A stretch of 52,086 nucleotides of DNA from a virus. Taxonomy: Duplodnaviria > Caudoviricetes. Positions 23,595 to 33,838 of this stretch are shown piece after piece (within the stretch, counting starts at the first letter, position 1; every line of letters starts with the position of its first letter). The notes under the pieces were generated by a model. The model searched no databases and was not told where the DNA came from. It worked only from the letters and a program-made list of their open reading frames with translations. Made by a program: the position numbers and the translations under genes. Where the stretch lies: positions 1-52,086 of IMG/VR virus record IMGVR_UViG_3300027362_000002. One strand, given 5' to 3'.

Positions 23595-25121
23595 GTGCGA
23601 GTGAAAAAACTTTCTGAAACTCGCGGTGAACGTAACGCCGAGTGGATCGAAAAGCACTGTTACATACCCGAGGGTCTGCACGTCGGGCGGCCTGTCAAGT
23701 TGACTGATCCGCAGCGTGCGTGGCTCAAGCGTATCTACGATACGCCGACACGGACGTTCATCCTGTCGATGGGGCGCAAAGGCGGGAAAACGGCTTTTTC
23801 GGCATTCCTACTTCTCCTCCACCTGTGCGGACCTGAACACGTAGCCAATGGGCACCTGTTCTCGGTAGCAACATCTCGGGACCAAGCCGCGATCTTGTTC
23901 GCGCTGGCTGCGAAGATGGTGCGCAAGTCACCTGACATCGCGGCGTTCGTCACGGTCAGAGACACGCTAAAGCAATTGATCTGTCGTGAACTAGGAACGA
24001 CGTACACGGCGCTATCGGCTGAGGCGTCGACAGCGTTCGGTGTCAGCCCGGTGTTCGTCGTCCACGACGAGTTAGGCCAAGTCAAGGGGCCGCGGTCGGT
24101 GCTCTATGAGGCGATGGAAACCGCCAGTGCAGCGCAGCAAAACCCGCTGTCGGTAATCATCTCGACTCAGGCGCCGACCGATGCCGATCTGCTGTCGGTG
24201 CTGATCGACGATGCGCTCAGCGGCGTTGATCCTCGGGTCAAGGTCGAGATTTACAGTGCGCCGATCGACGCCGATCCGTTCGCCGAGGAGACGATCCGTC
24301 TTGCGAATCCGCACTATGACGATTTCATGAATCGGGAAGAAGTGTTGCGACAGGCAAACGACGCCAAGCGCATGCCGAGCCGCGAATCATCGTATCGAAA
24401 CTTGATTTTGAATCAGCGGGTCGAGGCGAGGAATCCATTCTGCCCCCGGTCGGTGTGGTCAGAGAACGGAGCCCAGCCACTCGGGGAATTGCGCGGCGCG
24501 AAGGTTTACGCTGGCCTCGATTTATCGAGCACGAGCGATTTGACGGCGTTGGTGCTAATAGCGAAGTTCGGCGATGCGTGGGACGTGTGGCCTACATTCT
24601 GGCTACCCGGAGAAGGGCTGGCAGAGAAAGCGCGCCGCGATCGGGTGCCGTATGACGATTGGGCACGTAGTGGGCACTTAATCACGTCTCCGGGTTCGTC
24701 GATTGAATACGAATTCGTCGCTGAACACCTCCGCGGTGTGTTCGATCGCTGCGATGTGCAGGCGATAGGTTTTGATAGATGGAATATGCGGCACCTAAGG
24801 CCGTGGCTCGAACGTGCCGGATTTACAGAAACCGAGTTGGCGAAGTTCGTCGAGTTCGGACAGGGATTTCAATCGATGTCACCGGCCCTCAGAGAACTCG
24901 AATCTCTACTGCTCGCACGGAAACTCAGGCATGGCAATCATCCGGTACTGAATATGTGCAACCACAACGCTACGGTGCTGACCGATCCGGCCGAGAACCG
25001 CAAATTCGTCAAGAAGCGCGAGACCGGGAGAATAGACGGTCTCGTTGCACTCGCAATGGCAATCGGAGTTATGCCGACCGCGCCCGAGGCGCCTAAAGAG
25101 TATCAGGTTTTCTTTGCATAG
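23595..25121 (+). CDS. terL: Terminase large subunit
   Basis: Walker A GRKGGKT, Walker B VVHDELG, nuclease GLDLS...DLTA, RIDG.VALAMA. Confidence 0.96.
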   Translation: MRVKKLSETRGERNAEWIEKHCYIPEGLHVGRPVKLTDPQRAWLKRIYDTPTRTFILSMGRKGGKTAFSAFLLLLHLCGPEHVANGHLFSVATSRDQAAILFALAAKMVRKSPDIAAFVTVRDTLKQLICRELGTTYTALSAEASTAFGVSPVFVVHDELGQVKGPRSVLYEAMETASAAQQNPLSVIISTQAPTDADLLSVLIDDALSGVDPRVKVEIYSAPIDADPFAEETIRLANPHYDDFMNREEVLRQANDAKRMPSRESSYRNLILNQRVEARNPFCPRSVWSENGAQPLGELRGAKVYAGLDLSSTSDLTALVLIAKFGDAWDVWPTFWLPGEGLAEKARRDRVPYDDWARSGHLITSPGSSIEYEFVAEHLRGVFDRCDVQAIGFDRWNMRHLRPWLERAGFTETELAKFVEFGQGFQSMSPALRELESLLLARKLRHGNHPVLNMCNHNATVLTDPAENRKFVKKRETGRIDGLVALAMAIGVMPTAPEAPKEYQVFFA

Positions 25122-25129
25122 GAATCGCA

Positions 25130-27019
25130 ATGCTTAGAGCATATTCTACATTCGAGGTTAAGTCGTTCGATGACGCCGGAATCATCGAAGGAATCGCTAG
25201 TACGCCATCGACTGATCGCATGGGAGATATCGTCGATCCGAAGGGCGCGCAGTTCAAATTGCCGATTCCGCTTCTATGGCAGCACGACTCTAAACAGCCT
25301 ATCGGTCACGTCATCGCGGCCAAGGTTACCGATGCCGGGATCAGCATCAAAGCGCAGATCGCCCGCGGCGTCCTACCATTCATCGATGAGGCGTGGGCGC
25401 TCATCAAGTCAGGTCTTGTCCGCGGTCTGTCAATAGGATTCAACGACATCGAGACCGCTGACATCCAAGGTTCAAGATGGGGTCGACATTTCCTCAAGTG
25501 GGAATGGCTCGAACTCTCGGCCGTGACGATCCCAGCGAACCAAGATGCAAGTATCCAAACAATCAAAGCGGCCGCGACCGGCCGAGATCCACCCGGCGTT
25601 TCGGGTACCCAGAAACAAACCCGCTCCGGCGGGTTTTTCAATTCCCGAACGAAAGGTAATACCATGAAAACGCTATCTGAACTGCGCGAAGAGCGCACGC
25701 AAAAGGCCGCGCGCCTGAATGAACTCAAGGAACTGTGGACGTCGGAAGACCGCCGCAGCACGGACGACGAGGCGTCGGAATTCGACTCCCTTACCGACGA
25801 GGTTAAGGCGCTCGATGACGACATCCGCCGCATGCGATTCGACCAGATAAACTCGTCGAACGCCAAGGCGGTCGACGGCACGAACCAACACGCCGGCACT
25901 TCTAGTCGCGGGCATGTTTTCGTCAAGGCGCAGGACCAGGACGAGAAGTTCAAGGGCCAAAACTTTACGCGGATGATCATCGCGCGGGCGATGAGCCGGC
26001 AACTCGATGTTTCCCCGGTGGCCATCGCCGAGGAGCGTTGGGGTAAAACCAATCCGACGCTTGTGCGGCTGATCAAAGCTGCGGTTGCCGGCGCAGGATC
26101 AGGCTCCGGCGAGTGGGGTGCGGAACTGGTCACGGCGGATACTCGCTATACCGGTGACTTCCAGGAATTCCTGTACTCGTTGACGGTGTTCGACCGCCTG
26201 CCGTTACGCAGCGTGCCGGCCAACGTCATGATCAAGGGCCAAGACGGACAGGGGACCGGCTACTGGGTTGGAGAATCGAAGGCAATTCCAGCCACGTCAT
26301 TCGATTTCATGAATGTAAGCCTGACGCCACTGAAAGTGGGCGCGCTTACTTCAGTTCCCAACGAATGGATGGCCGACAGCGATCCTTCTGGTGAAATGCT
26401 GGTGCGTGACGCATTGGCTCAAGCCAGTGCACAGCGTATCGACACGACGTTCCTGTCGGCTACGGCAGCTAGTGCAGGGGTTTCCCCGGCTGGTCTGCTG
26501 AATGGCGTAACCGCCCTTACATCGGCCGGCGACGACGCAGACTCGGTACGGCAGGATATCCGCTCGCTCTACGCCCCATTCATTGCGGCGAAGAATTCGA
26601 GCGGCCTGACGTTCGTCACCACGCCGAGCCTAGCCAAGAGTCTTTCGCTCATGGTCAACGCCCTTGGGAATATCGAATTCCCGGGCCTGACTTCGAATGG
26701 AGGCACGCTGATGGGCGATCCGATGATTACTGGAGATAATGTCGGTTTTAACGATATTATTCTCCTGAAACCATCGGATATATATCGCATCGGCGATACT
26801 GGCGTCCAAGTGTCGATGTCTCGTGAGGCGACGATCGAGCAGGACTCGGCGCCGCAGGGTGCGAGCGATACGCCTGTAGCGGCGTCGGCTACGCTGATGT
26901 CGATGTTCCAGACTGAGAGTACGGCATTCAAGGTGGTCCGCAGAATCAACTTCGCCAAGCGCCGCACGTCTGCGGTGGCGTGGATCGGCGATGCCAACTA
27001 CGGTGCACTCGCGACCTGA
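25130..27019 (+). CDS. HK97-family prohead protease fused in frame to the major capsid protein
   Basis: Protease motifs (LLWQH...PIG, GLSIGF, ELSAVTIPAN) then a coiled-coil delta domain and HK97-fold capsid; internal RBS and ATG at 25664. Confidence 0.92.
   Translation: MLRAYSTFEVKSFDDAGIIEGIASTPSTDRMGDIVDPKGAQFKLPIPLLWQHDSKQPIGHVIAAKVTDAGISIKAQIARGVLPFIDEAWALIKSGLVRGLSIGFNDIETADIQGSRWGRHFLKWEWLELSAVTIPANQDASIQTIKAAATGRDPPGVSGTQKQTRSGGFFNSRTKGNTMKTLSELREERTQKAARLNELKELWTSEDRRSTDDEASEFDSLTDEVKALDDDIRRMRFDQINSSNAKAVDGTNQHAGTSSRGHVFVKAQDQDEKFKGQNFTRMIIARAMSRQLDVSPVAIAEERWGKTNPTLVRLIKAAVAGAGSGSGEWGAELVTADTRYTGDFQEFLYSLTVFDRLPLRSVPANVMIKGQDGQGTGYWVGESKAIPATSFDFMNVSLTPLKVGALTSVPNEWMADSDPSGEMLVRDALAQASAQRIDTTFLSATAASAGVSPAGLLNGVTALTSAGDDADSVRQDIRSLYAPFIAAKNSSGLTFVTTPSLAKSLSLMVNALGNIEFPGLTSNGGTLMGDPMITGDNVGFNDIILLKPSDIYRIGDTGVQVSMSREATIEQDSAPQGASDTPVAASATLMSMFQTESTAFKVVRRINFAKRRTSAVAWIGDANYGALAT
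25617..25638 (+). terminator. Terminator-like hairpin inside the protease-capsid ORF
   Basis: AAACCCGC-TCCG-GCGGGTTT followed by TT. Confidence 0.5.
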
Positions 27020-27031
27020 TCTACAGGTATT

Positions 27032-27062
27032 GCCCCGAGCGTTCGCGTTCGGGGCTCTTTTT
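27032..27062 (+). terminator. Intrinsic terminator after the capsid gene
   Basis: GCCCCGAGCG-TTCG-CGTTCGGGGC followed by TCTTTTT. Confidence 0.75.
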
Positions 27063-27072
27063 CGAGGTAGTA

Positions 27073-27318
27073 ATGCAAAAGACAAAGATGGTTGCGGTCC
27101 ATGCGTTTCGATACGCTGGTCGTAATCTATGTATCGGAGACGAATTCATGGTCGACTCACGAGATACCAAGGTACTCGTGATTCTTGGTAGAGCAGAAAT
27201 CGCTGGTGTCGTGCACGCAGAAACTGCGAACGACATCATCGTCAGACAATTAGAGGCCGAGCTGGTCGGCACAAAACCGAAGCTGCACTATCGGCGCCGC
27301 GACATGGTGGCTGAATGA
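27073..27318 (+). CDS. Hypothetical head-region protein
   Basis: GAGG RBS; ATGA coupling to the portal gene. Confidence 0.7.
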   Translation: MQKTKMVAVHAFRYAGRNLCIGDEFMVDSRDTKVLVILGRAEIAGVVHAETANDIIVRQLEAELVGTKPKLHYRRRDMVAE

Positions 27319-28712
27319 ATCCGATATCCCGCGCCATCGCTGTTATTGGGCGTGTGCTCAAGGCGAACCCTCCATTGCAGGGCGTAGACGCGCGTGGTGG
27401 CTGGTGGCCCGTGGTTCATGAGAGTTTTACCGGGGCATGGCAGCAGGGTGTAGAGGTACGCCAAGATTTGGTGATGGCGAACTGGACGGTATTCGCCTGC
27501 ATGACACTCATCGCTGGGGATATCGGGAAACTGCGCTTGCAACTCGTCGAGCAGGATTCGCTCGGTATCTGGTCCGAGACCACGAACCCGGCATTCAGCC
27601 CGGTACTCAGACGGCCGAACCGATATCAAATTCGGCAGAAATTTATCGAGTCATGGATTCTGTCGAAACTCGGGGCAGGGAATGCATACATCCTCAAGGA
27701 GCGAGACGCGCGTAACGTCGTTGTTGCGCTGTACGTGCTCGACTCTCAACGGGTCACGCCTATGGTGGCGCCTGATGGGGCGGTTTACTACCAACTCCAG
27801 GATGATCTGTTGGCACAGGTACCGATGGGCCTTCCCGCGGTTCCGGCGAGCGAAATCATTCACGATCGTGCATGGTGCCTGTTTCACCCGCTCGTTGGGT
27901 TATCTCCACTCTACGCCTGCGCACTCGCCGCGACTCAAGCACTGAAAATACAGACTTACAGCGAGAAGTTGTTCGCCAACATGGCGCGGCCGAGCGGCAT
28001 CTTGACAGCTCCGGCGCAGATCAGCGAGGAAACCGCTAAGAGGATCAAGGAACATTGGGAGCGTAACTACGGCGTCGACAATCCGGCCAACATCGGCAAG
28101 GTGGCCGTTCTCGGCGACGGGTTGAAATACGAGGGTATGACGATGAATTCGGTCGACGCCGAACTCGTCAAGCAGTTGGAAATGACTGCGCCAATGATAT
28201 GCGCGACGTTTCACGTTCCGCCGCATATGGTCGCTGCGGCCGCGGTTCCGCCGGTCAACAACGTAGAGGCGTTGGAGACTGCCTACTACAGCAAAGCGTT
28301 GCAGCCTTTGATTGAAAGCATCGAGGCGCTGTTGGATGATGGGCTCGGTCTGGCTGCACCGATCGCTGGTCGGCAACTCGGGACGTATTTCGATCTGGAT
28401 GACCTACTCAGAATGGATCAGAAAACGCTGATGGAGACCCTAGGAGTTGGCGTAGATAAAGCGATCCTTGCTCCGAACAATGCGCGGCGGCGCCTCAATT
28501 ACGGGCCTGTTGATGGAGGGGATTCGCCGATGATCCAGCAGCAGAATTACTCGCTCGCTGCGCTTGCCAAGCGAGACGCTGGGCCTGATCCGTTCGGCAA
28601 GGCTCCTGCTGCGGCGCCTAAGACAGATATGCCGGCTGACGATTCTGCCGCCGAGGAGGCGCGAGAATTTATCGCGCACATCATGAAGGGCTTGGAATGC
28701 GCGCCGAACTGA
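27315..28712 (+). CDS. Portal protein, HK97 family
   Basis: VFAC..LIA.DIG.L, LRRPN.YQ, GNAY, GLSPL, PSGIL, F.VPP, N.AR..LN..P..GGD. Confidence 0.95.
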   Translation: MNPISRAIAVIGRVLKANPPLQGVDARGGWWPVVHESFTGAWQQGVEVRQDLVMANWTVFACMTLIAGDIGKLRLQLVEQDSLGIWSETTNPAFSPVLRRPNRYQIRQKFIESWILSKLGAGNAYILKERDARNVVVALYVLDSQRVTPMVAPDGAVYYQLQDDLLAQVPMGLPAVPASEIIHDRAWCLFHPLVGLSPLYACALAATQALKIQTYSEKLFANMARPSGILTAPAQISEETAKRIKEHWERNYGVDNPANIGKVAVLGDGLKYEGMTMNSVDAELVKQLEMTAPMICATFHVPPHMVAAAAVPPVNNVEALETAYYSKALQPLIESIEALLDDGLGLAAPIAGRQLGTYFDLDDLLRMDQKTLMETLGVGVDKAILAPNNARRRLNYGPVDGGDSPMIQQQNYSLAALAKRDAGPDPFGKAPAAAPKTDMPADDSAAEEAREFIAHIMKGLECAPN

Positions 28713-29968
28713 CGATTCTTGGCGATTCAATCGTTGCCTCGGTCAAGGGCTACGTGGCAAACGCTTTGGCCGCTGTGGTTCCGAGACTAGATGCTGTCGA
28801 GAAGTCACTTCGGGAATTGCCGAAGCCGGAGCGCGGCGAAAAGGGAGACAAGGGCGACAAAGGAGATAGCGTAGAAATTACGCAATTGATATCTGTCGCC
28901 GAGAACGTGACGCGGGATGAGGTCACCAAGGCGTTTGAATCCGCGCGCGTCAAATTGAGCGCAGAAATCTCGGCGCTGCCGAAACCACAGGACGGCCGAG
29001 ACGGCAAAGACGGGGCTCCGGGGCGAGACGGCAAAGATGCCACGGTTGATTACGCTGCTGTCGTCGCGCAAGTCCGGGCGCTGATCCCGGACCCGAAGGA
29101 CGGGCGCGACGTGGATATGGCGCAGGTGCGATCGATCGTTGAGCAAGTGACGCGATCCGAGGTAGCCGCTGCTGTAGCCGTCATACCTAAACCGTCCGAT
29201 GGGAAAGACGGGGCTCCGGGCCGAGACGGTGATCGAGGCGCCGATGGACGGGACGGAAAAGACGCCGACTCAGTGGCGATTACTGCCGATGTGATCGCTC
29301 GGGTATCCGCAGTGCTCGACGCCATTCCTGTTCCAAAGGATGGGCACAACGGGATAGATGGCTCCCCGGGCCGTGATGGTGTCGATGGCAAGGACGGGGC
29401 ACAAGGCAAGGATGGTGCGCAAGGGATTTCTGGCGAACCCGGCCGTCCCGGAATAGATGGCGCTACAGGCGAACGCGGTGCTGATGGCAGGCACGGTAAG
29501 GATGGGGCGCCAGGGAAAGATGGCGAACGCGGTGCTGATGGAAAATCCATCACGCTCGACGATGTGCGTCCGCTACTCGACGCTGAACTGGCACGTATGG
29601 CGCTGGAATACGAACGCCGAACCGCAGACATCGTGCAACGGGCGATTGCAGCGTTGCCCGCGCCGAAAGATGGCGCTCCGGGCCGTGACGGCTGGTCGCC
29701 TGACGACATCAGTTTGAGCGTGCACGGCCGGACGTTGGTGGTCGATTTCAAGAACGGGACGCATGCTGTTTCACGTGAAACGCAGATAGAAGGTCTGGTT
29801 CTCGATGCTGGCGTTTACAAACCTGCGACACATTATGTTAAGGGAGACGGAGTTACCTACGGTGGTTCTTTGTGGATCGCTCAACGCGATACAGAGTTAT
29901 CACCGGGCGGTAGCAATGGCGATTGGCGTCTAGCAGTGAAGCGCGGTCGAGACGCGAAAGGGGCATGA
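28697..29968 (+). CDS. Collagen-like (G-X-Y) repeat protein with a small aromatic C-terminal module
   Basis: GRDGKDGAPGRDG tracts; Y.KGD.VTYGGSLWIA...W.L.VK. Confidence 0.8.
   Translation: MRAELTILGDSIVASVKGYVANALAAVVPRLDAVEKSLRELPKPERGEKGDKGDKGDSVEITQLISVAENVTRDEVTKAFESARVKLSAEISALPKPQDGRDGKDGAPGRDGKDATVDYAAVVAQVRALIPDPKDGRDVDMAQVRSIVEQVTRSEVAAAVAVIPKPSDGKDGAPGRDGDRGADGRDGKDADSVAITADVIARVSAVLDAIPVPKDGHNGIDGSPGRDGVDGKDGAQGKDGAQGISGEPGRPGIDGATGERGADGRHGKDGAPGKDGERGADGKSITLDDVRPLLDAELARMALEYERRTADIVQRAIAALPAPKDGAPGRDGWSPDDISLSVHGRTLVVDFKNGTHAVSRETQIEGLVLDAGVYKPATHYVKGDGVTYGGSLWIAQRDTELSPGGSNGDWRLAVKRGRDAKGA
29767..29782. promoter_or_regulatory. parS-like palindrome
   Basis: TGTTTCACGTGAAACG, a 15/16 match to the chromosomal parS consensus TGTTTCACGTGAAACA. 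Confidence 0.45.
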
Positions 29969-30162
29969 ATATGGATCATGGCGCAACAGTCAATATCACT
30001 GCCGAGCCGTCGGTGATTGAACAGCCGAATGAGGCCAAGGCCGCGCCGGCCACGCTTCGGATGACGATCGAGATCATCCGGGCTGGTACAGGCAAGCGCG
30101 AGGTTTACGAGTTGGTCGGCACGGAGTCGACATCACCAGCAGAGGGCAAATCATGGCAGTAA
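29965..30162 (+). CDS. Hypothetical protein
   Basis: Coupled ORF in the late operon. Confidence 0.55.
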   Translation: MNMDHGATVNITAEPSVIEQPNEAKAAPATLRMTIEIIRAGTGKREVYELVGTESTSPAEGKSWQ

Positions 30163-30545
30163 CACACACGACTGCGGTACGCACGGCTACCGCCGATTTC
30201 ATCGTCGATCAGATCGACCCGGGCGGCCCCGGAAAACTCAAGTTCCGGCTCACCGGCTCGGCGGGCTCGCCAGGTACGGCTGCTGCGACGCTGACGTTCG
30301 CGGCGACGGCATTCGGTGCGGCGTCCGGTGGGACAGCCACAGCGGCGGCGATCACGAGCGATACCAACGCGACAGGTAATGCGTCGCCAGTGGCAACTGC
30401 GACGCTGGAAACCGCTGGTGGCACTGTGATCGTTCACTGCGAGGTCGCTGCCGCTGCCTCGGATATCAATCTGACCGGCGGCCTGACGATCGGCGCTGGC
30501 GATACCGTGAGCTGCTCGTCGTTGACCTATTCGGCGATGCCGTAA
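30153..30545 (+). CDS. Putative virion structural protein (Ala/Thr/Gly-rich)
   Basis: Beta-rich composition; late operon. Confidence 0.65.
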   Translation: MAVTHTTAVRTATADFIVDQIDPGGPGKLKFRLTGSAGSPGTAAATLTFAATAFGAASGGTATAAAITSDTNATGNASPVATATLETAGGTVIVHCEVAAAASDINLTGGLTIGAGDTVSCSSLTYSAMP

Positions 30546-30547
30546 TT

Positions 30548-30931
30548 ATGGCGATGACCTTGCGTCAGGCGGAGAAGCGGATTCTCGCCCTAGACACTGC
30601 TGTTACTGCGTTGCAGGCTGCGGTATCTGCATTGCAAGGCGGGGTGCCTGTTCCGTCGTCAAACTCGGTACTATGGCGCCGTCCGTTGATCGTGCTTTCT
30701 AATGAGCCCGTCGATTCGACGGTAAAAAGCGGCGTGGTCAGGTGGTCGTGGGTCGGTGAAGGCGTCATGCCGGCGGTGACGTATCGACTCGATGGCGGAT
30801 CGGCAAAACCCGCTCCGTCGACTGGTGTTGCATGGGGCCCGCTGACTGTAGGCCCGCATCGGATAGATTTATACCTTGCTGGCAGTTCGTCCCCCGAGGC
30901 GACGACACTCTGGCGCATTCTGGCGGCGTGA
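30548..30931 (+). CDS. Putative structural protein (coiled coil plus Ig-like)
   Basis: N-terminal heptads; TYRLDGG...L.VGPH.I.L. Confidence 0.55.
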   Translation: MAMTLRQAEKRILALDTAVTALQAAVSALQGGVPVPSSNSVLWRRPLIVLSNEPVDSTVKSGVVRWSWVGEGVMPAVTYRLDGGSAKPAPSTGVAWGPLTVGPHRIDLYLAGSSSPEATTLWRILAA

Positions 30932-30932
30932 T

Positions 30933-33239
30933 ATGCAATTCACAAATAAATTCGGTACGAAGAGCGGGACGATAAATTTAGCTGACCTGGATACGAACTT
31001 CGATGAGGTCGGCGATAAAAGTGACACCATAAGTTCTACGGTGGCACAGAAAGCAAATACATCTTATGTAGATGCACAGATACTCGCTGCGAAAGACCGA
31101 CGAAACCATACGTTCACCGATGATGCGAGCAATATATTATTCTCGGACGGGAGCACACTCCAACAGTGGCGCGCATCTATCGAGGCGTTGATCGGAGGTC
31201 AAGCCAGCGCTCCAGTGGTTACCACCGATCCAGGCGTACCAACTGGGACAAAAACGGTAGGTTCTACACTGACTTTCGGGACATTGGGATCAGTCACTGA
31301 CGGGTCTGGTGGCGCACATACGGACCGGAGGCAGTGGAACCGTGTAAACTTGACGGCCGGAACCAGTACGCCGATTCCAGGTTATCTGATGTCGGCGTCA
31401 ACGCCGACTACGTATGTGCTTGCAGCGTCGGACCTAGACTTTTATATCTCCGGTTCACAACAGGCGCAGGATAACGTTAACGGGCTCTTGTCGAATATCC
31501 GAACAAGTGTGGTGACAGCCATCATCACAGGTACTCGACCGACAAATTCAGTTGCCCCGACTATCAGCCCGAGCGGTACACAAGACCCGGGAACGCAATT
31601 AACTTGTTCTACCGGTACTTGGGCTAACGCTTCGACATACGGATATCTGTTCTACGACAATGGAGTGCCTGTCGGGTCGAGGTCAGCTACTGCTACGTAC
31701 ACCCCACAATCCGAACAGGCCGGGCACACGATCACCGCCGATGTCCTAGCTACATCGTCCCTCAGTGTTCCTGCCGCGGCAGCAGTAGCAGCGTCGAATT
31801 CGATCACGATCAGTGGAACGAATACCGTTGTCAATACGGTACTGCCGACCATCACGAGAGCCAATGGCGAAGGCGCCGGGATCATATTTAAGGGGTTCAC
31901 ATATCCGATCGTTGCCGGAACATGGACACTCAATGGAAACTCGGCTACTCCAGCCAATGTGAGATGGGATTTCTACAAGAACGGTGTTTTTTACGCCTCG
32001 AATGCTTCGCCATCATTCAACGTCGATGCAAACTATCTGGTCAATGACATTTTCAAGTTGGTAGAGACAGTAACTATCAGCGGGACTTCGTATGCATCTA
32101 GTCTGACATCGGCCACAGCTTATACAGTCAATGCGGCTCCAGCGACGTTGACGGTACAGGTCAATACCGCATCGGCGACGTTCACTCAGGGGGCCGTGAT
32201 AACGCCGTATGTACCGGTGACGGCAACGGGCGGGACTACCCCATACTCCTATTCGGTCAACTCATCGCTCCCAAGTACTCTATCGCTCAACACGAGTAAC
32301 GGAACGATCAGCGGTACGGCAAATACAGTTGGGTCCGCTTCATATACGATCACCGTCACAGACGCAGTTGCCGCTAGCGTTAACGGGAGCACGCAGATAG
32401 CTATCCAATCTGCGGTAGCGGTATCTGTCTACGCGTCTCTCGACGCGATTGTATCCAATGCCTCGCAGGTAGGAGGAACACACGCTTTACAGATCGGAGT
32501 ATCTAGTCCTAACCAATTTCCGTTACTTTCATCGATATCAGATACATTGGATGGGGGTATCACATTCACGGGAACTGTCGACGGAACTACTCAACGGTTC
32601 GGTAAAAAAACTCGTGGCGGTAGAACGGTCTACAAGTTCGCGTACAAGATTACAGATACATTGCAGGGTGGTCGCATCCGGGTAGAGGACTGGATGAACT
32701 GGTTCAACAAGCCATTCACGAATGGGCAGGTATTCTGGATCGCCATCGAACAGGAGATTCTTTCTGGAGCACTAGCTGCCACAGATAACCAGATGATGTG
32801 GCAGATTCATACGCCGGACCAAGAACTGTCTGTCATCATCCAGTGCAATGTGGGGAATGGGGAACTCTCACTGCCGTATCGCTATAGCCCGGATTTAGGC
32901 GGAACAGAACAGGGCGGTGTATTGACCACTCTGTCAACCACAGCCGGCGTATTCCAGAAATGGGTTTATCGCCTGAAGCACGGTTACGCAGCTGGAACCG
33001 GGCAAGTACAGGTCTGGAGGGATGGTACGCAGGTTTACTCCAATACGTCGATGCAACTCGGCGCACCATATGCCAGTGAGGGCGGCTATTTCAAACTCGG
33101 GTGGCATAACACTGCCAATGATGGAGGCTCGTTCGACACCGGACAAGTAGATCGATGCATGTATATCCGCAAGTGCATTACTGCCGTCGACGCAGGCAGT
33201 CAGTACAGCGTCACTGACCTTATGGCACTGTTGACCTAA
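30933..33239 (+). CDS. Multi-Ig-domain protein with a C-terminal polysaccharide-lyase-like jelly-roll
   Basis: Ig-like repeats (G..LTCSTGTW; ATGGTTPYSYSV..LP..LSL...GTISGT); C-terminal WQIH...VQVWRDG...YFKLG. Confidence 0.7.
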   Translation: MQFTNKFGTKSGTINLADLDTNFDEVGDKSDTISSTVAQKANTSYVDAQILAAKDRRNHTFTDDASNILFSDGSTLQQWRASIEALIGGQASAPVVTTDPGVPTGTKTVGSTLTFGTLGSVTDGSGGAHTDRRQWNRVNLTAGTSTPIPGYLMSASTPTTYVLAASDLDFYISGSQQAQDNVNGLLSNIRTSVVTAIITGTRPTNSVAPTISPSGTQDPGTQLTCSTGTWANASTYGYLFYDNGVPVGSRSATATYTPQSEQAGHTITADVLATSSLSVPAAAAVAASNSITISGTNTVVNTVLPTITRANGEGAGIIFKGFTYPIVAGTWTLNGNSATPANVRWDFYKNGVFYASNASPSFNVDANYLVNDIFKLVETVTISGTSYASSLTSATAYTVNAAPATLTVQVNTASATFTQGAVITPYVPVTATGGTTPYSYSVNSSLPSTLSLNTSNGTISGTANTVGSASYTITVTDAVAASVNGSTQIAIQSAVAVSVYASLDAIVSNASQVGGTHALQIGVSSPNQFPLLSSISDTLDGGITFTGTVDGTTQRFGKKTRGGRTVYKFAYKITDTLQGGRIRVEDWMNWFNKPFTNGQVFWIAIEQEILSGALAATDNQMMWQIHTPDQELSVIIQCNVGNGELSLPYRYSPDLGGTEQGGVLTTLSTTAGVFQKWVYRLKHGYAAGTGQVQVWRDGTQVYSNTSMQLGAPYASEGGYFKLGWHNTANDGGSFDTGQVDRCMYIRKCITAVDAGSQYSVTDLMALLT

Positions 33240-33313
33240 ACGACCATGATTCGCTGGTACGTCATGCCCGACGAGACCGGGTCTCGCTATCCTTGATGGA
33301 TTGAAAGGCTGAT

Positions 33314-33835
33314 ATGGGACGATATTTCGTAGCCAACGGACCGATGCCGACAACTGCTGCGCAAGCTGTGGTTACGACTGGTACTGCGATCAAGACGCTG
33401 CTCCAGATCAAACTAGGGGCAAGCACAAACGGAACGGGCGAAATCGTCGAATGGGGAATCTCGTTCGATGGGTCTGCCGCCGCAACTCCGATCAAGTGCG
33501 AACTGTTGAGTACGAAAGCTATAGGAGCGACTATCACCGAATTCGTGGCGGCAGACATCATAAATCTCGGCGATCCGAATGCCGGAGCCGTGACTGACGA
33601 CTTCCCGCTTGCGCTCACTGCCGCTGGAGATGAATCAGGCTACACCGGATCAGCGGAGGGGTCTATTGTTGCTACGCGAATGTTCGATCCGCAACTCGTC
33701 GCACCAACGAATCAGTATGTGAAACAGTTCCCACTCGGCGAACGGCCGACATTCAACAGCAGCGAGTTCATCAGGATTCGCGTCACGGCAGGTACTGCTG
33801 TCAACGCTTATTGCTACATCATATTTTCTATTTGA
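33314..33835 (+). CDS. Putative structural protein
   Basis: Beta-rich 173-aa ORF in the late operon. Confidence 0.6.
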   Translation: MGRYFVANGPMPTTAAQAVVTTGTAIKTLLQIKLGASTNGTGEIVEWGISFDGSAAATPIKCELLSTKAIGATITEFVAADIINLGDPNAGAVTDDFPLALTAAGDESGYTGSAEGSIVATRMFDPQLVAPTNQYVKQFPLGERPTFNSSEFIRIRVTAGTAVNAYCYIIFSI

Positions 33836-33838
33836 AGC

